Of a stretch of DNA of 32,000 nucleotides, positions 1 to 8,403 are shown piece by piece. Source of the DNA: Methanothermobacter marburgensis str. Marburg (lineage in GTDB: Archaea; Methanobacteriota; Methanobacteria; Methanobacteriales; Methanothermobacteraceae); assembly GCF_000145295.1 (NCBI RefSeq), contig NC_014408.1, positions 1,380,001-1,412,000 of the forward strand, in the 5' to 3' direction. Each line of letters opens with the position of its first letter. Position 1 is the stretch's first letter. The translations under genes were made by a program, and so were the position numbers. Under the pieces are notes generated by a model, which made no database searches, was not told the origin of the DNA, and saw only the letters and a program-made list of their open reading frames with translations.

Positions 1-2
1 AG

Positions 3-344
3 GGTATTGTAGGGGCCTGCAGGTCCGATGATCCCCCCTTCAATGTTTCAGTCGACTATCTGAGGGTTCCTGAACTGGATGGTAAGGTAATGGTAATAGC
101 AGACCCCATGCTTGCAACCGGTAACACGATTATGGGGATACTTGAGGCTCTTGAGGCACACGGCACCCCTGAGAGGACCGTCCTCTTCAATGTTATATCC
201 TCAAGGCCCGGCATTGAGAGGATCCTTGAAATGGATATGGAGGTCTACACCTGCAGTGTTGAGGATGAACTCAACGACAGGGGCTACATAGTCCCCGGGC
301 TGGGGGATGCCGGGGACCTTGCATTCGGAAGACCATCAGAATAG
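3..344 (+). CDS. upp: Uracil phosphoribosyltransferase, C-terminal portion (5' end lies upstream of the window)
   Basis: Frame 3 is open from the window edge to TAG at 342-344. The translation ...GKVMVIADPMLATGNTIMG...YIVPGLGDAGDLAFG carries the PRPP-binding loop and C-terminal motif typical of UPRTases. Confidence 0.85.
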   Translation, partial: GIVGACRSDDPPFNVSVDYLRVPELDGKVMVIADPMLATGNTIMGILEALEAHGTPERTVLFNVISSRPGIERILEMDMEVYTCSVEDELNDRGYIVPGLGDAGDLAFGRPSE

Positions 345-420
345 ATAAAAATAGATGGCCATGGTGGTGCCAGTCACCTCCCACCACCTGAACAGCTAAC
401 AATGAACCGATCAGGGACCA

Positions 421-580
421 GCCACAATACCAGTACTCCAATGACAATACTGGGTGTGTGGGGACCTGCAAGGATCAGCTGCAAGGCCACAATACCAGTA
501 CTCCAATGACAATACTGGGTGTGTGGGGACCTGCAAGGATCAGCTGCAAGGCCACAATACCAGTACTCCAATGACAATAC
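421..580. repeat. 65-bp tandem repeat, two exact copies plus a 30-bp partial third copy
   Basis: The unit gccacaataccagtactccaatgacaatactgggtgtgtggggacctgcaaggatcagctgcaag at 421-485 is repeated exactly at 486-550. The third copy matches for 30 nt (551-580). The period of 65 is not a multiple of 3. The array lies in the convergent spacer between upp and the fumarase gene. Confidence 0.95.
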
Positions 581-627
581 CAGAATGAACCTATCACGGA
601 CGAAGTAATGGCTGGATTAACTGATCA

Positions 628-1122
628 TCAATCGTGGACTGACCTTCCGCCGGCTGCCGCCACTATACCAGGTATCCCCTCAACCCTGAGCTCAAATATG
701 GCCTCCATACCCTCCTCCTCGAATGCCGCGATTCTCCTTGATTTAATGCGGCTTGTGAGGAGTGCTGCAACAGGTGGTGTTACAATGAAAACCGCCCCAG
801 CATCACCGAGTGCCCTGACGGTTTCATCCTTAAGTTTTCCCTTACCTATATGGACCAGCACCCCCCTTGATGCCAGGTAGGGCATGCTCTCCTCTATGTC
901 CTCCTTGTTGCTGCTTGTGGGGGCTATCCCCGCCTGACTTACGGCCGTGTGCATTATCGCAGCACCCCTCACATCAAATGGCTCCTCACCCCTCTTAAGG
1001 GCATCCACAAGTTTAGGGAGCGCGGCATCCCTTCCAGTGTATATGATGCCATCTATGATAACACGGTCCCCGGGGCTGAGCCCCCCAAGTTCACCTCTGG
1101 TTGTGGGTGTAGATATCCTCAT
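628..1122 (-). CDS. Class I (Fe-S) fumarate/tartrate hydro-lyase, beta (C-terminal domain) subunit
   Basis: 164 aa from ATG 1122; the ORF-track start at 1134 adds MVVI. The N-terminus MRISTP...GDRVIIDGIIYTGRDAA and the ~165-aa size fit the beta-type subunit of Fe-S hydro-lyases. A GGTGGT SD-like sequence sits just upstream of 1122. Confidence 0.8.
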   Translation of the reverse strand: MRISTPTTRGELGGLSPGDRVIIDGIIYTGRDAALPKLVDALKRGEEPFDVRGAAIMHTAVSQAGIAPTSSNKEDIEESMPYLASRGVLVHIGKGKLKDETVRALGDAGAVFIVTPPVAALLTSRIKSRRIAAFEEEGMEAIFELRVEGIPGIVAAAGGRSVHD

Positions 1123-1181
1123 AATTACCACCATCCAGGATCCATTCTTTAACCAGCTGCAGATATCCTCATAATTACCAT
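1111..1181. repeat. 20-bp direct repeat duplicating the fumarase start region (copies 1111-1130 and 1161-1180)
   Basis: agatatcctcataattacca occurs twice, 50 bp apart. The first copy is the reverse complement of the first codons of the fumarase ORF (ATGGTGGTAATTATGAGGATATCT). The upstream copy reads ATGGTAATTATGAGGATATCTGCAGCTGGTTAA on the minus strand. Confidence 0.95.
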
Positions 1182-1201
1182 CAGGAATCCGCTTTAAGTT
1201 T

Positions 1202-1218
1202 CAGATCTTCAAGATCTG
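1202..1218. repeat. 17-bp palindrome cagatcttCaagatctg (8-bp arms, 1-nt centre)
   Basis: Read directly from the sequence. It lies 11 nt downstream of the mfnA stop on the minus strand and upstream of the fumarase gene. No oligo-T run follows it. Confidence 0.9.
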
Positions 1219-1229
1219 GTTTTAAATTC

Positions 1230-2375
1230 CTAAATAAGGGTTTTGAGATCATCAAGGAAGAGTTCAATGTGTTCCACCTTGATGTGGGGCATGACAACAA
1301 CCCTTATGGCTGGTGGGCATGCTGATACAGAGACAGCCCATCCCATCTCCTCAAGTCTGGAGGCAAGTTTCTCTGGACTCATGGATGGGTGATTGAATGC
1401 GACTATGTTGAGTTCCGGTTCAATTACCGGTTCATAGCCCAGATCCTTAAGGCCCTCATTCAACCTGGAGGTCACAGCCATCACCCTCAGAGCGAGTTCA
1501 CGGTAACCGCTGCGTCCCATGTGCCTGAGGACCGCCCATGTTGCAGCTGCAGAGGCCCCCGTCCTTGTGCCGACTATCGTTGACTGCTGCTTCTCTGTGA
1601 GGTAGGGGGTCTCTATGCTCATGGCATCGAGGTAGGTTTCGTCCCTGAAGAGTATGCAGCCACTTGGTATCGGGGCAAGGCCCATCTTATGGGGGTCTAT
1701 GGTGATGGATGAGACACCCGGTAGTTTAAAGTCAAATTCAGGGAGTTTGAAACCTGCATCCCTTAAGAAGGGTATTATGAATCCCCCGAATGCAGCGTCC
1801 ACATGGAGATGGACGCCCTCCTCAATGCAGATATCTGAGAGCTCCGCTATGGGGTCTATCCTCCCGAGTTCAGTGGTCCCTGCAACCCCAACGATGGCCA
1901 CGGTGTTATCTGATATCATCTCCCTGACAGACCCCACATCAACACGGTAGTCCCTGTCCAGCTCCGCCTCCCTGAGTTCAAGACCCATTATATCCGATGC
2001 CTTTCTGAAGGAGAAATGGGCGGATTTAGGGACGATTACCTCGGGTTTATCCGCTCCCGCCATGTTCCTGGCAGCCCTCATGGCCATGAGGTTGGCCTCG
2101 GTGCCCCCTGTTATTATGTGGCCAGCTGCAGCGGGTTCTGACAGGAGCTCCCCCAGCATCCCTATAACACAGGATTCCAGCTCCCTGGTTCCCCTGAAGA
2201 GCCCGGGGTCGCCAAGGTTGGACTCCAGGAAGTCACAGTAAACCCTTCGTGCAAGGGGGTGTGATGATGTGCACATGGATCCAAGTATTCTGCCTGAGGT
2301 GTAGGTCATGTCCCTTGACCTGAATTCCTCAAGAATTTCGAGGACCCTTTCCTCAGGGAGGCCCTTTTCATCCAT
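1230..2375 (-). CDS. mfnA: L-tyrosine/L-aspartate decarboxylase (group II PLP decarboxylase, methanofuran/CoA biosynthesis)
   Basis: 381 aa from ATG 2375 (MDEKGLPEERVLEIL...). It has the PLP-lysine motif SITIDPHKMG and overall resembles archaeal MfnA. The extra 44 N-terminal aa in the ORF track would overlap the ppsA 3' end and look non-native. Confidence 0.85.
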   Translation of the reverse strand: MDEKGLPEERVLEILEEFRSRDMTYTSGRILGSMCTSSHPLARRVYCDFLESNLGDPGLFRGTRELESCVIGMLGELLSEPAAAGHIITGGTEANLMAMRAARNMAGADKPEVIVPKSAHFSFRKASDIMGLELREAELDRDYRVDVGSVREMISDNTVAIVGVAGTTELGRIDPIAELSDICIEEGVHLHVDAAFGGFIIPFLRDAGFKLPEFDFKLPGVSSITIDPHKMGLAPIPSGCILFRDETYLDAMSIETPYLTEKQQSTIVGTRTGASAAATWAVLRHMGRSGYRELALRVMAVTSRLNEGLKDLGYEPVIEPELNIVAFNHPSMSPEKLASRLEEMGWAVSVSACPPAIRVVVMPHIKVEHIELFLDDLKTLI

Positions 2376-2409
2376 TTTTACGCCCAGCAAAATTATGTGA
2401 AAAAAGGTT

Positions 2410-4680
2410 TTAGAGAAGTTTTCTTGCCGCCTTAAGGAGTAGTCTCTGTTCTGCCCTTGCAACCGTCTTCCTAACCTCGGCAACCGCATCTGTGTTGGCG
2501 GATACACTGCTTATCCCGAGCTCCACCAGTTTCTCAACTATCCGCGGGATGCTTCCTGCCTGGCCACAGATGCTGGTTTTAACCCCGGCCTCATTGCATT
2601 TCTTTATAACCCTCTCAATGAGTTTGAGGACCGCAGGGTGACCCTCCGTGTAGAGGTCTGCCACATGCTCGTTGTTCCTGTCTATTGCAAGGGTGTACTG
2701 GGTGAGGTCATTTGTACCGAAGCTCACAAAGTCCACACCCTCTGCAATGAAGTCCTCGATTATAAGTGCGGCTGCAGGTGTCTCCACCATGATACCGAAT
2801 TCAACGTCCCTGTGGGGCCTGAGACCCGCCTCCTCTGCTATCCTCTTGGCCTTCCTGAGTTCATCAGGGTGCTGTACGAGGGGTATCATTATGCCTATGT
2901 TGGTGTAGCCCTGCTCATGGAGTTTCTTTATGGCCCTGAACTCTGCCCTGAGGATCTCCGGCTCATCCAGCTCCCTGCGTATACCCCTCCAGCCCAGCAT
3001 TGGGTTGTGTTCGTAGGGTTCATTCTCACCACCCTCAAGGGTTTTGAATTCATCTGTGGGGGCGTCAAGGGTCCTGTACCATACGGGGCGTGGGTAGAAT
3101 TCATCTGCAACCTTGAGGATGTTCTCTGCGAGGATCCTGACAAGTTCATCCTCACGTCCGTCCTCTATGAACTTCCTTGGGTGGACGCCGGTTGTGAGCA
3201 TCATGTGTTCGGTCCTCAGAAGTCCAACACCATCTGCACCTGTTGCTGCGGCCTTCCTTGCAGCCTCGGGCATGCTCACATTAACCTTGACCTCTGTAAC
3301 CGTGAGTATGGGTGATTCCACGGTCACGGATTCCGGGGCAGACTCCTTCTTCTCCTCCTCCACAACGCGGCCCTCGTAGACGAGTCCCTTATTACCATCG
3401 ATGCTGACAACCTGGTTCTCACTGAGAACCCCGGTTGCATTGCCTGTACCAACAACACAGGGTATTCCAAGTTCCCTTGATACTATCGCAGCATGACAGG
3501 TGACACCACCCTCATCTGTTATTATACCGCTGGCCCTCTTCATTGCAGGCACCATGTCAGGGGTTGTCATGACCGTGACCAGGATGTCGCCAGCCTGTAT
3601 CTTGTCCAGTTCATGGATCTCCCTTATTATCTTGACCTTGCCTGATGCAAGGCCAGGGCTTGCCCCGAGACCCCTGAGTATCACATCCCTTGATTTGACC
3701 TCTCCTTCCTCCACGGCTTCCCCGAGGGTTGTTATGGGCCTTGACTGTAACATGTAAACCTCCCCATCCATTATGGCCCATTCGGTATCCTGTGGTGAGC
3801 CATAGTGATCCTGTATCCTTCTGCCCATCTCTGAAAGGGCAGCTATCTCCTCATCAGAGAGGACCCTCCTGTTTCGAAGTTCAGGGGGGACCTCCTTTTT
3901 CACTGTCCTTCCATCCTCCCTTGTGAACATCACGTTCTTCTCACCAACAGTGAACTCAAGGAGTTTACCTGTGCTCTTATCAACCCAGTAGGTGTCAGGG
4001 GTCACTGAACCTGAAACCACAGCCTCACCGAGACCCCAGGAGCCCTCAATGAGGATCTTATCCTCCCCTGTTGATGGGTGGACGGTGAACATGACCCCTG
4101 CCTTTTCAGCGTCAACCATCTCCTGGACAACAACCGCTATGTAGACCCTGGAGTGGTCGAAGTTGTTCTCCTCCCTGTAGAAGATGGCCCTGGCCTCAAA
4201 CAGGGATGCCCAGCATTTCCTGACATACTCCATGACATCCTCGGCGCCCCTTATGTTAAGGAAGGTGTCCTGCTGACCAGCGAATGATGCCTCAGGGAGG
4301 TCCTCTGCTGTGGCTGAGGAACGTATGGCGACGTAAACATCATCCTTTCCTATCCTCTGGCAGAGTGCATTGTATGACTCTATTATGAGTGTCTGTATAT
4401 CCTCAGGTATCTCTGTGGATGTTATTATGTCCTTTATCTCCTCAGAAACCCTCTGCAGTTCCTTTGTATCATTGACGTCAAGGTTTTCAAGCATGTCCAT
4501 TACAATGGGCTGGAGTCCCGTGTCTGTCATGAACTTGTCATAGGTTGCCGCTGTCACCACGAACCCCGGGGGAACAGGTATGCCTGCCTGGGTAAGTTCA
4601 CCAAGGTTTGCACCCTTTCCGCCAGCGATTCCCACATCATCCTTACCGAGTTCCTCAAAAAACGCCACATACTTAACCAT
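2410..4680 (-). CDS. ppsA: Phosphoenolpyruvate synthase (pyruvate, water dikinase)
   Basis: 756 aa from ATG 4680 (MVKYVAFFEELGKDDV...), preceded by AGGGGAT. It has an ATP-grasp N-terminus, the phospho-His motif GGVTCHAAIVSRELGIPCV and the C-terminal PEP-utilising motif GTNDLTQYTLA. An alternative ATG at 4707 adds 9 aa. Confidence 0.9.
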   Translation of the reverse strand: MVKYVAFFEELGKDDVGIAGGKGANLGELTQAGIPVPPGFVVTAATYDKFMTDTGLQPIVMDMLENLDVNDTKELQRVSEEIKDIITSTEIPEDIQTLIIESYNALCQRIGKDDVYVAIRSSATAEDLPEASFAGQQDTFLNIRGAEDVMEYVRKCWASLFEARAIFYREENNFDHSRVYIAVVVQEMVDAEKAGVMFTVHPSTGEDKILIEGSWGLGEAVVSGSVTPDTYWVDKSTGKLLEFTVGEKNVMFTREDGRTVKKEVPPELRNRRVLSDEEIAALSEMGRRIQDHYGSPQDTEWAIMDGEVYMLQSRPITTLGEAVEEGEVKSRDVILRGLGASPGLASGKVKIIREIHELDKIQAGDILVTVMTTPDMVPAMKRASGIITDEGGVTCHAAIVSRELGIPCVVGTGNATGVLSENQVVSIDGNKGLVYEGRVVEEEKKESAPESVTVESPILTVTEVKVNVSMPEAARKAAATGADGVGLLRTEHMMLTTGVHPRKFIEDGREDELVRILAENILKVADEFYPRPVWYRTLDAPTDEFKTLEGGENEPYEHNPMLGWRGIRRELDEPEILRAEFRAIKKLHEQGYTNIGIMIPLVQHPDELRKAKRIAEEAGLRPHRDVEFGIMVETPAAALIIEDFIAEGVDFVSFGTNDLTQYTLAIDRNNEHVADLYTEGHPAVLKLIERVIKKCNEAGVKTSICGQAGSIPRIVEKLVELGISSVSANTDAVAEVRKTVARAEQRLLLKAARKLL

Positions 4681-4735
4681 TTTATCCCCTGAACTAGTTG
4701 GTATCATTAAAAATGTGAATGTGAAAAAAATAGAA

Positions 4736-5218
4736 TTATTTTACCAGTTCCTCGCCCCTGTCAATCACAATCCTGCATGGAACAGGGAACTTCATTGCAG
4801 CCCTTCTCAGGGCCTCCTTGGCATCCTTGAAGTTCTTCTTGTTTGTCTCGATTGTGATTATCTTCTGGTTCTTCTTAACAAGGGCCACTGTGCTTACTGG
4901 TTTCCCGAATGCCTTCCTCATACCGTCCTGGACACGGTCAGCCCCTGCCCCTGTCGCCATGGGGTTTTCACGGACTATGTGGTGGGGGTAGACCCTTATC
5001 TTAAGGTGGTAACCCATCCTACCGGCCTTCCTCTGCATGTAACGGTTTGAGGCTATCCTGGCTGCCTCCAGGGCATTGTGGGTTATCTGGGTTGGTGCCT
5101 TAACAGCAACGCTCAGTGAAATCGGGAATTCAGCTGAGAGGTTACCCATATCATATTGAACTATCTTTGAACCTGGAATCTTCTTGATGTACTCTCTTCT
5201 TGTGTATGCACGAACCAT
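4736..5218 (-). CDS. rpl10e: 50S ribosomal protein L10e (uL16)
   Basis: 160 aa from ATG 5218 ([26 protein letters not shown]...), with an AGGAGGA SD about 7 nt upstream. The rest of the 464-aa ORF-track entry is antisense to the cooC-like gene and is not coding. Confidence 0.9.
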   Translation of the reverse strand: MVRAYTRREYIKKIPGSKIVQYDMGNLSAEFPISLSVAVKAPTQITHNALEAARIASNRYMQRKAGRMGYHLKIRVYPHHIVRENPMATGAGADRVQDGMRKAFGKPVSTVALVKKNQKIITIETNKKNFKDAKEALRRAAMKFPVPCRIVIDRGEELVK

Positions 5219-5387
5219 AAATAATCCTCCTGTAATCATGTCCATGAGAATAACTATGAAATGAGTATCTCGGTAACCATTAATAAATATTGTCTTGGAA
5301 GCCAAACAGTTAATAAATCCAACCTGAAAAATATAAGGATACATATAATTAGCAGGGATGGTTTTTAAAAGTTTCCATGGTGTCATC

Positions 5388-6170
5388 ATGAAGATAGCCA
5401 TAACCGGTAAGGGCGGGGTGGGCAAGACAACCATAGCCGGTACACTTGCCTGCATATTCTCCAGAAAATTCAGGGTCTTTGCCATTGACGCCGACCCCGA
5501 CATGAACCTTGCATCCAGTATAGGCATAGAAGATGAGATAACACCCATATCCCATATGAGGGATATTATAAGGGAGCGCACTGGAGCGGAGCCTGGTTCA
5601 TCCTTCGGTGAGGTATTCAAGCTCAACCCAAGGATAAGTGACCTTCCAGATTCACTCTCCATCCAGCACCCCAGGAGACCCAACCTCAGGGTGATGGTGA
5701 TGGGCACCGTGGAGCATGGTGGCGACGGCTGTGTCTGCCCTGCCTCGGTGCTCCTCAAGGCCCTGCTCCGCCACCTGATACTAAGAAAGGATGAGATGGT
5801 GATCCTTGACATGGAGGCCGGAATAGAGCACCTCGGGAGGAGGACCGCAGAATCCGTTGATCTGATGGTGGTGGTTGTTGAACCTGGTCTCAAATCACTT
5901 GAAACAGCATCCAGGATAAAGAAGCTAGCGGCCGATATTGGGGTTAAGAGAATAATGGCCATAATCAACAAGGTATCAGGCAAAGAGGATGAAGAATTCA
6001 TGCGCGAAAGGCTGGAGGCAGCTGGAATTGACGTGCTTGGCTGTGTGCCCGCAGATAAGACCGTAGTGACTGCTGATATGAGGGGCGAGCCCCTTGCCAT
6101 GCACCCAGAATCGGCTGCCTTCAGGGCCATAGGAGAAATCTCCGAGAGGATAGCCTCAATGGAGAGATAA
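5388..6170 (+). CDS. cooC: CooC-type nickel-insertion accessory ATPase (MinD/ParA-class P-loop)
   Basis: 260 aa from ATG 5388 ([15 protein letters not shown], a deviant Walker A). It contains DADPDMNLA and the CooC-signature metal-binding GCVCP motif followed by [12 protein letters not shown]. By eye it is collinear with Rhodospirillum rubrum CooC as I recall it. Confidence 0.8.
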   Translation: MKIAITGKGGVGKTTIAGTLACIFSRKFRVFAIDADPDMNLASSIGIEDEITPISHMRDIIRERTGAEPGSSFGEVFKLNPRISDLPDSLSIQHPRRPNLRVMVMGTVEHGGDGCVCPASVLLKALLRHLILRKDEMVILDMEAGIEHLGRRTAESVDLMVVVVEPGLKSLETASRIKKLAADIGVKRIMAIINKVSGKEDEEFMRERLEAAGIDVLGCVPADKTVVTADMRGEPLAMHPESAAFRAIGEISERIASMER

Positions 6171-6207
6171 GTTAATGGGTGGTAACGTCACAGGACGGAG
6201 GCCTGAA

Positions 6208-6450
6208 ATGAGGATATCAGTAACCATAGAAGCGGAATACGAATCAGAGAAGGAAGCCGAAATAGTTATGAAGGCACTTGAACCCGAAAACAGATCATAC
6301 GTTGAATCTGAAATTGACGGATCAACAGTAAGGTTCACCATGGAATCAGATTCCATTGGAACAGCCCTGAACACCGCAGATGACCTCATATTCTCTGAGA
6401 TGATAGTCGAAAATATGATGGGCTTTAAATCCGAGAATTCAGAGAAGTAA
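6208..6450 (+). CDS. Small conserved protein, possibly KEOPS Pcc1-like fold
   Basis: 80 aa from ATG 6208, with GGAGG 7 nt upstream; the ORF-track start at 6175 has no SD. The pattern MRISVTIEAEYESEKEAEIVMKALEPE...VRFTMESDSIGTALNTADDLI resembles archaeal Pcc1/CTAG-family proteins. This is a by-eye match only. Confidence 0.4.
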   Translation: MRISVTIEAEYESEKEAEIVMKALEPENRSYVESEIDGSTVRFTMESDSIGTALNTADDLIFSEMIVENMMGFKSENSEK

Positions 6451-6490
6451 AGAATTCAGATTTAATCAAGCTTAAGCATGTGGTGATTGG

Positions 6491-8032
6491 ATGAAATTCA
6501 AACTTAAGGGAATAATAAAACTCAGTAAAGAGGTTCCAGAGGCCGAGAAAGACATTGAAGAGTTCCTGAAAGAGGCGGAAAAAGACATTCTCCGGAGGGG
6601 AGTCCCTGAGGGTCAGGAGAAGGAGGCTTCACATGTAAAATCATGGGAGCTCACGGGGGACACGCTGAAACTTGAAATGGAATCAGGGAGACGTGTGAGG
6701 GCCCATGACGGCCTTCTGAGACTCAAAAAGCCCCTGGGACAGCTCCTCGGACCCCGTTACAGGGTCGGTGTGAGGGGTGTTAAGGTTGAGGACTACACCC
6801 TTGAAATGGATGCCCCGGGGGTATCAGAAATCCCCGGCCTCAGGGAACTGCCATTTGTGGAGGACGCAGATATCTCACAGGGCATCATAAGGGTGAGATT
6901 CCAGCCCCTTGATGAGTCAGAGCTCAGGAAACACGTTGTGGACAGGGTTGTGAAGCACGCCCTCAGCCTCGTTGAATCCTCACAGGACCTCACAACCAGG
7001 GTCACAAGGGCAACCCCCGGTGAAATAGTTGCAAGAAGCGAAAAAAGGGAGTTCTTCTTTGATGGAGACCCCACAGAGGAGGCTATGAGGCTCGGGTGGG
7101 TTAAAAAGTTTCCCGGGCGTGGACAGTGGTTCTACGGGCCCCAGATAACCGCCCTACACCGTGCCCTGGAGGAATTCCTCATTGAAAGGATAGTGAAGCC
7201 CCTGGGATTCGTTGAGTGCCTCTTCCCGAAACTCATACCCCTGGATGTTATGAACAGGATGAGGTACCTTGAGGGCCTGCCTGAGGGGATGTACTACTGC
7301 AGCGCCCCAAGCAGGGACCCTCAAACCTTTGAGGAGTTCAAGAATGAACTCATCATAAACAGGGAGGTGCCAATGGACCTCCTCAAGAGGGGCCTGAAGG
7401 ACCCCGGTTACGTTATTGCACCGGCCCAGTGCGAGCCATTCTACCAGTTCCTCTCACATGAGGTGGTGAATCTGGATGACCTCCCCATAAAGTTCTTTGA
7501 CAGGAGCGGCTGGACCTACAGGTGGGAGGCAGGGGGAGCCAAGGGCCTCGACAGGGTCCATGAGTTCCAGAGGATAGAACTTGTATGGCTGGCATCACCA
7601 CGGGACACCGAGGAGATACGCGACCGCACCGTTGAACTCTCATATGACGCCGCCGATGAACTGGAACTTGAATGGTACACCGAGGTGGGAGATGACCCAT
7701 TCTACCTTGAGGGCAGAAGGGTTGAGGAGAGGGGGATAGAGTTTCCCGATGTCCCCAAATATGAGATGAGGCTCTCACTGCCAGGGCAGGAGAAGGGAGT
7801 GGCAGTTGTATCTGCCAATGTCCACGGGACACACTTCATTGAGGGATTCTCAATCAGGGAGGCCCGTAACATGAACATATGGACTGGATGCACAGGTATA
7901 GGTCTTTCAAGGTGGATATACGGTTTCCTGGCCCAGAAGGGCTTTGATACTGAAAAATGGCCAGAGTTCATAAGGGAGCGGGTTGATGGTGTTGAGGCCC
8001 CCCGTATAGTTACCTGGCCCGGCAAGGACTGA
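6491..8032 (+). CDS. serS: Seryl-tRNA synthetase, methanogen-type (type 2 SerRS)
   Basis: 513 aa, with a GGTGAT SD 3 nt upstream. The long idiosyncratic N-terminal domain and a class II core (motif-2-like RVHEFQRIELV) match my recollection of the atypical Zn-dependent SerRS found only in methanogens. Confidence 0.85.
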   Translation: MKFKLKGIIKLSKEVPEAEKDIEEFLKEAEKDILRRGVPEGQEKEASHVKSWELTGDTLKLEMESGRRVRAHDGLLRLKKPLGQLLGPRYRVGVRGVKVEDYTLEMDAPGVSEIPGLRELPFVEDADISQGIIRVRFQPLDESELRKHVVDRVVKHALSLVESSQDLTTRVTRATPGEIVARSEKREFFFDGDPTEEAMRLGWVKKFPGRGQWFYGPQITALHRALEEFLIERIVKPLGFVECLFPKLIPLDVMNRMRYLEGLPEGMYYCSAPSRDPQTFEEFKNELIINREVPMDLLKRGLKDPGYVIAPAQCEPFYQFLSHEVVNLDDLPIKFFDRSGWTYRWEAGGAKGLDRVHEFQRIELVWLASPRDTEEIRDRTVELSYDAADELELEWYTEVGDDPFYLEGRRVEERGIEFPDVPKYEMRLSLPGQEKGVAVVSANVHGTHFIEGFSIREARNMNIWTGCTGIGLSRWIYGFLAQKGFDTEKWPEFIRERVDGVEAPRIVTWPGKD

Positions 8033-8046
8033 TCTGAGGTGGTCAT

Positions 8047-8403
8047 TTGAACTGTGACAGGCACCCTGAACGTGAAGGTGTGGCGTCATGCATTATATGC
8101 GGAAGGATACTCTGCGAGGAGTGCCGTCTGAAGCTTGGAGGGAAGAATTACTGTGAGAGGTGTGCTGATAAACTGTTCAGGGAGCGGGTTGAGTCCGGTG
8201 AAGAGAAAAGGAAGGGAATGGGTCTTGGTGTTAAGATACTCATTGCCATCCTCATAATCCTGGGTATCCTTGCTGTTCTATCATACCTGATTTACAGTGT
8301 GTACCTTGCACCATACTATGGCAGCCCTGAAAACGTGCTCAGGATACTCATGAATGACCCTGAGAGGATAATCAGATTCCTGGGGACAAGGATATCCACC
8401 TAA
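8047..8403 (+). CDS. B-box/zinc-ribbon protein with a C-terminal transmembrane helix
   Basis: 118 aa. The only start that keeps the first metal-ligand pair is TTG 8047, with GAGGTGGT 4 nt upstream. The Cys/His pattern is CDRH-x9-CIIC-x4-CEEC-x11-CERC, followed by the hydrophobic stretch GVKILIAILIILGILAVLSYLIY. Confidence 0.55.
   Translation: MNCDRHPEREGVASCIICGRILCEECRLKLGGKNYCERCADKLFRERVESGEEKRKGMGLGVKILIAILIILGILAVLSYLIYSVYLAPYYGSPENVLRILMNDPERIIRFLGTRIST

Noticed and set aside
421-580. Possible CRISPR array
   Set aside because: The whole 65-bp unit repeats head-to-tail with no unique spacers. There are only ~2.5 copies and no cas genes in the window.
2376-2507. N-terminal 44-aa extension of the mfnA ORF
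   Set aside because: It would overlap the ppsA 3' end by ~100 nt and has a basic, low-complexity composition unlike MfnA. The conserved protein begins at MDEKGLPEE (ATG 2375).
4736-6130. 464-aa minus-strand ORF
   Set aside because: Only the C-terminal 160 aa (from ATG 5218, with an AGGAGGA SD) is ribosomal protein L10e. The N-terminal 300 aa is Ser/Pro/Leu-rich antisense read-through of the cooC-like gene and its promoter region.
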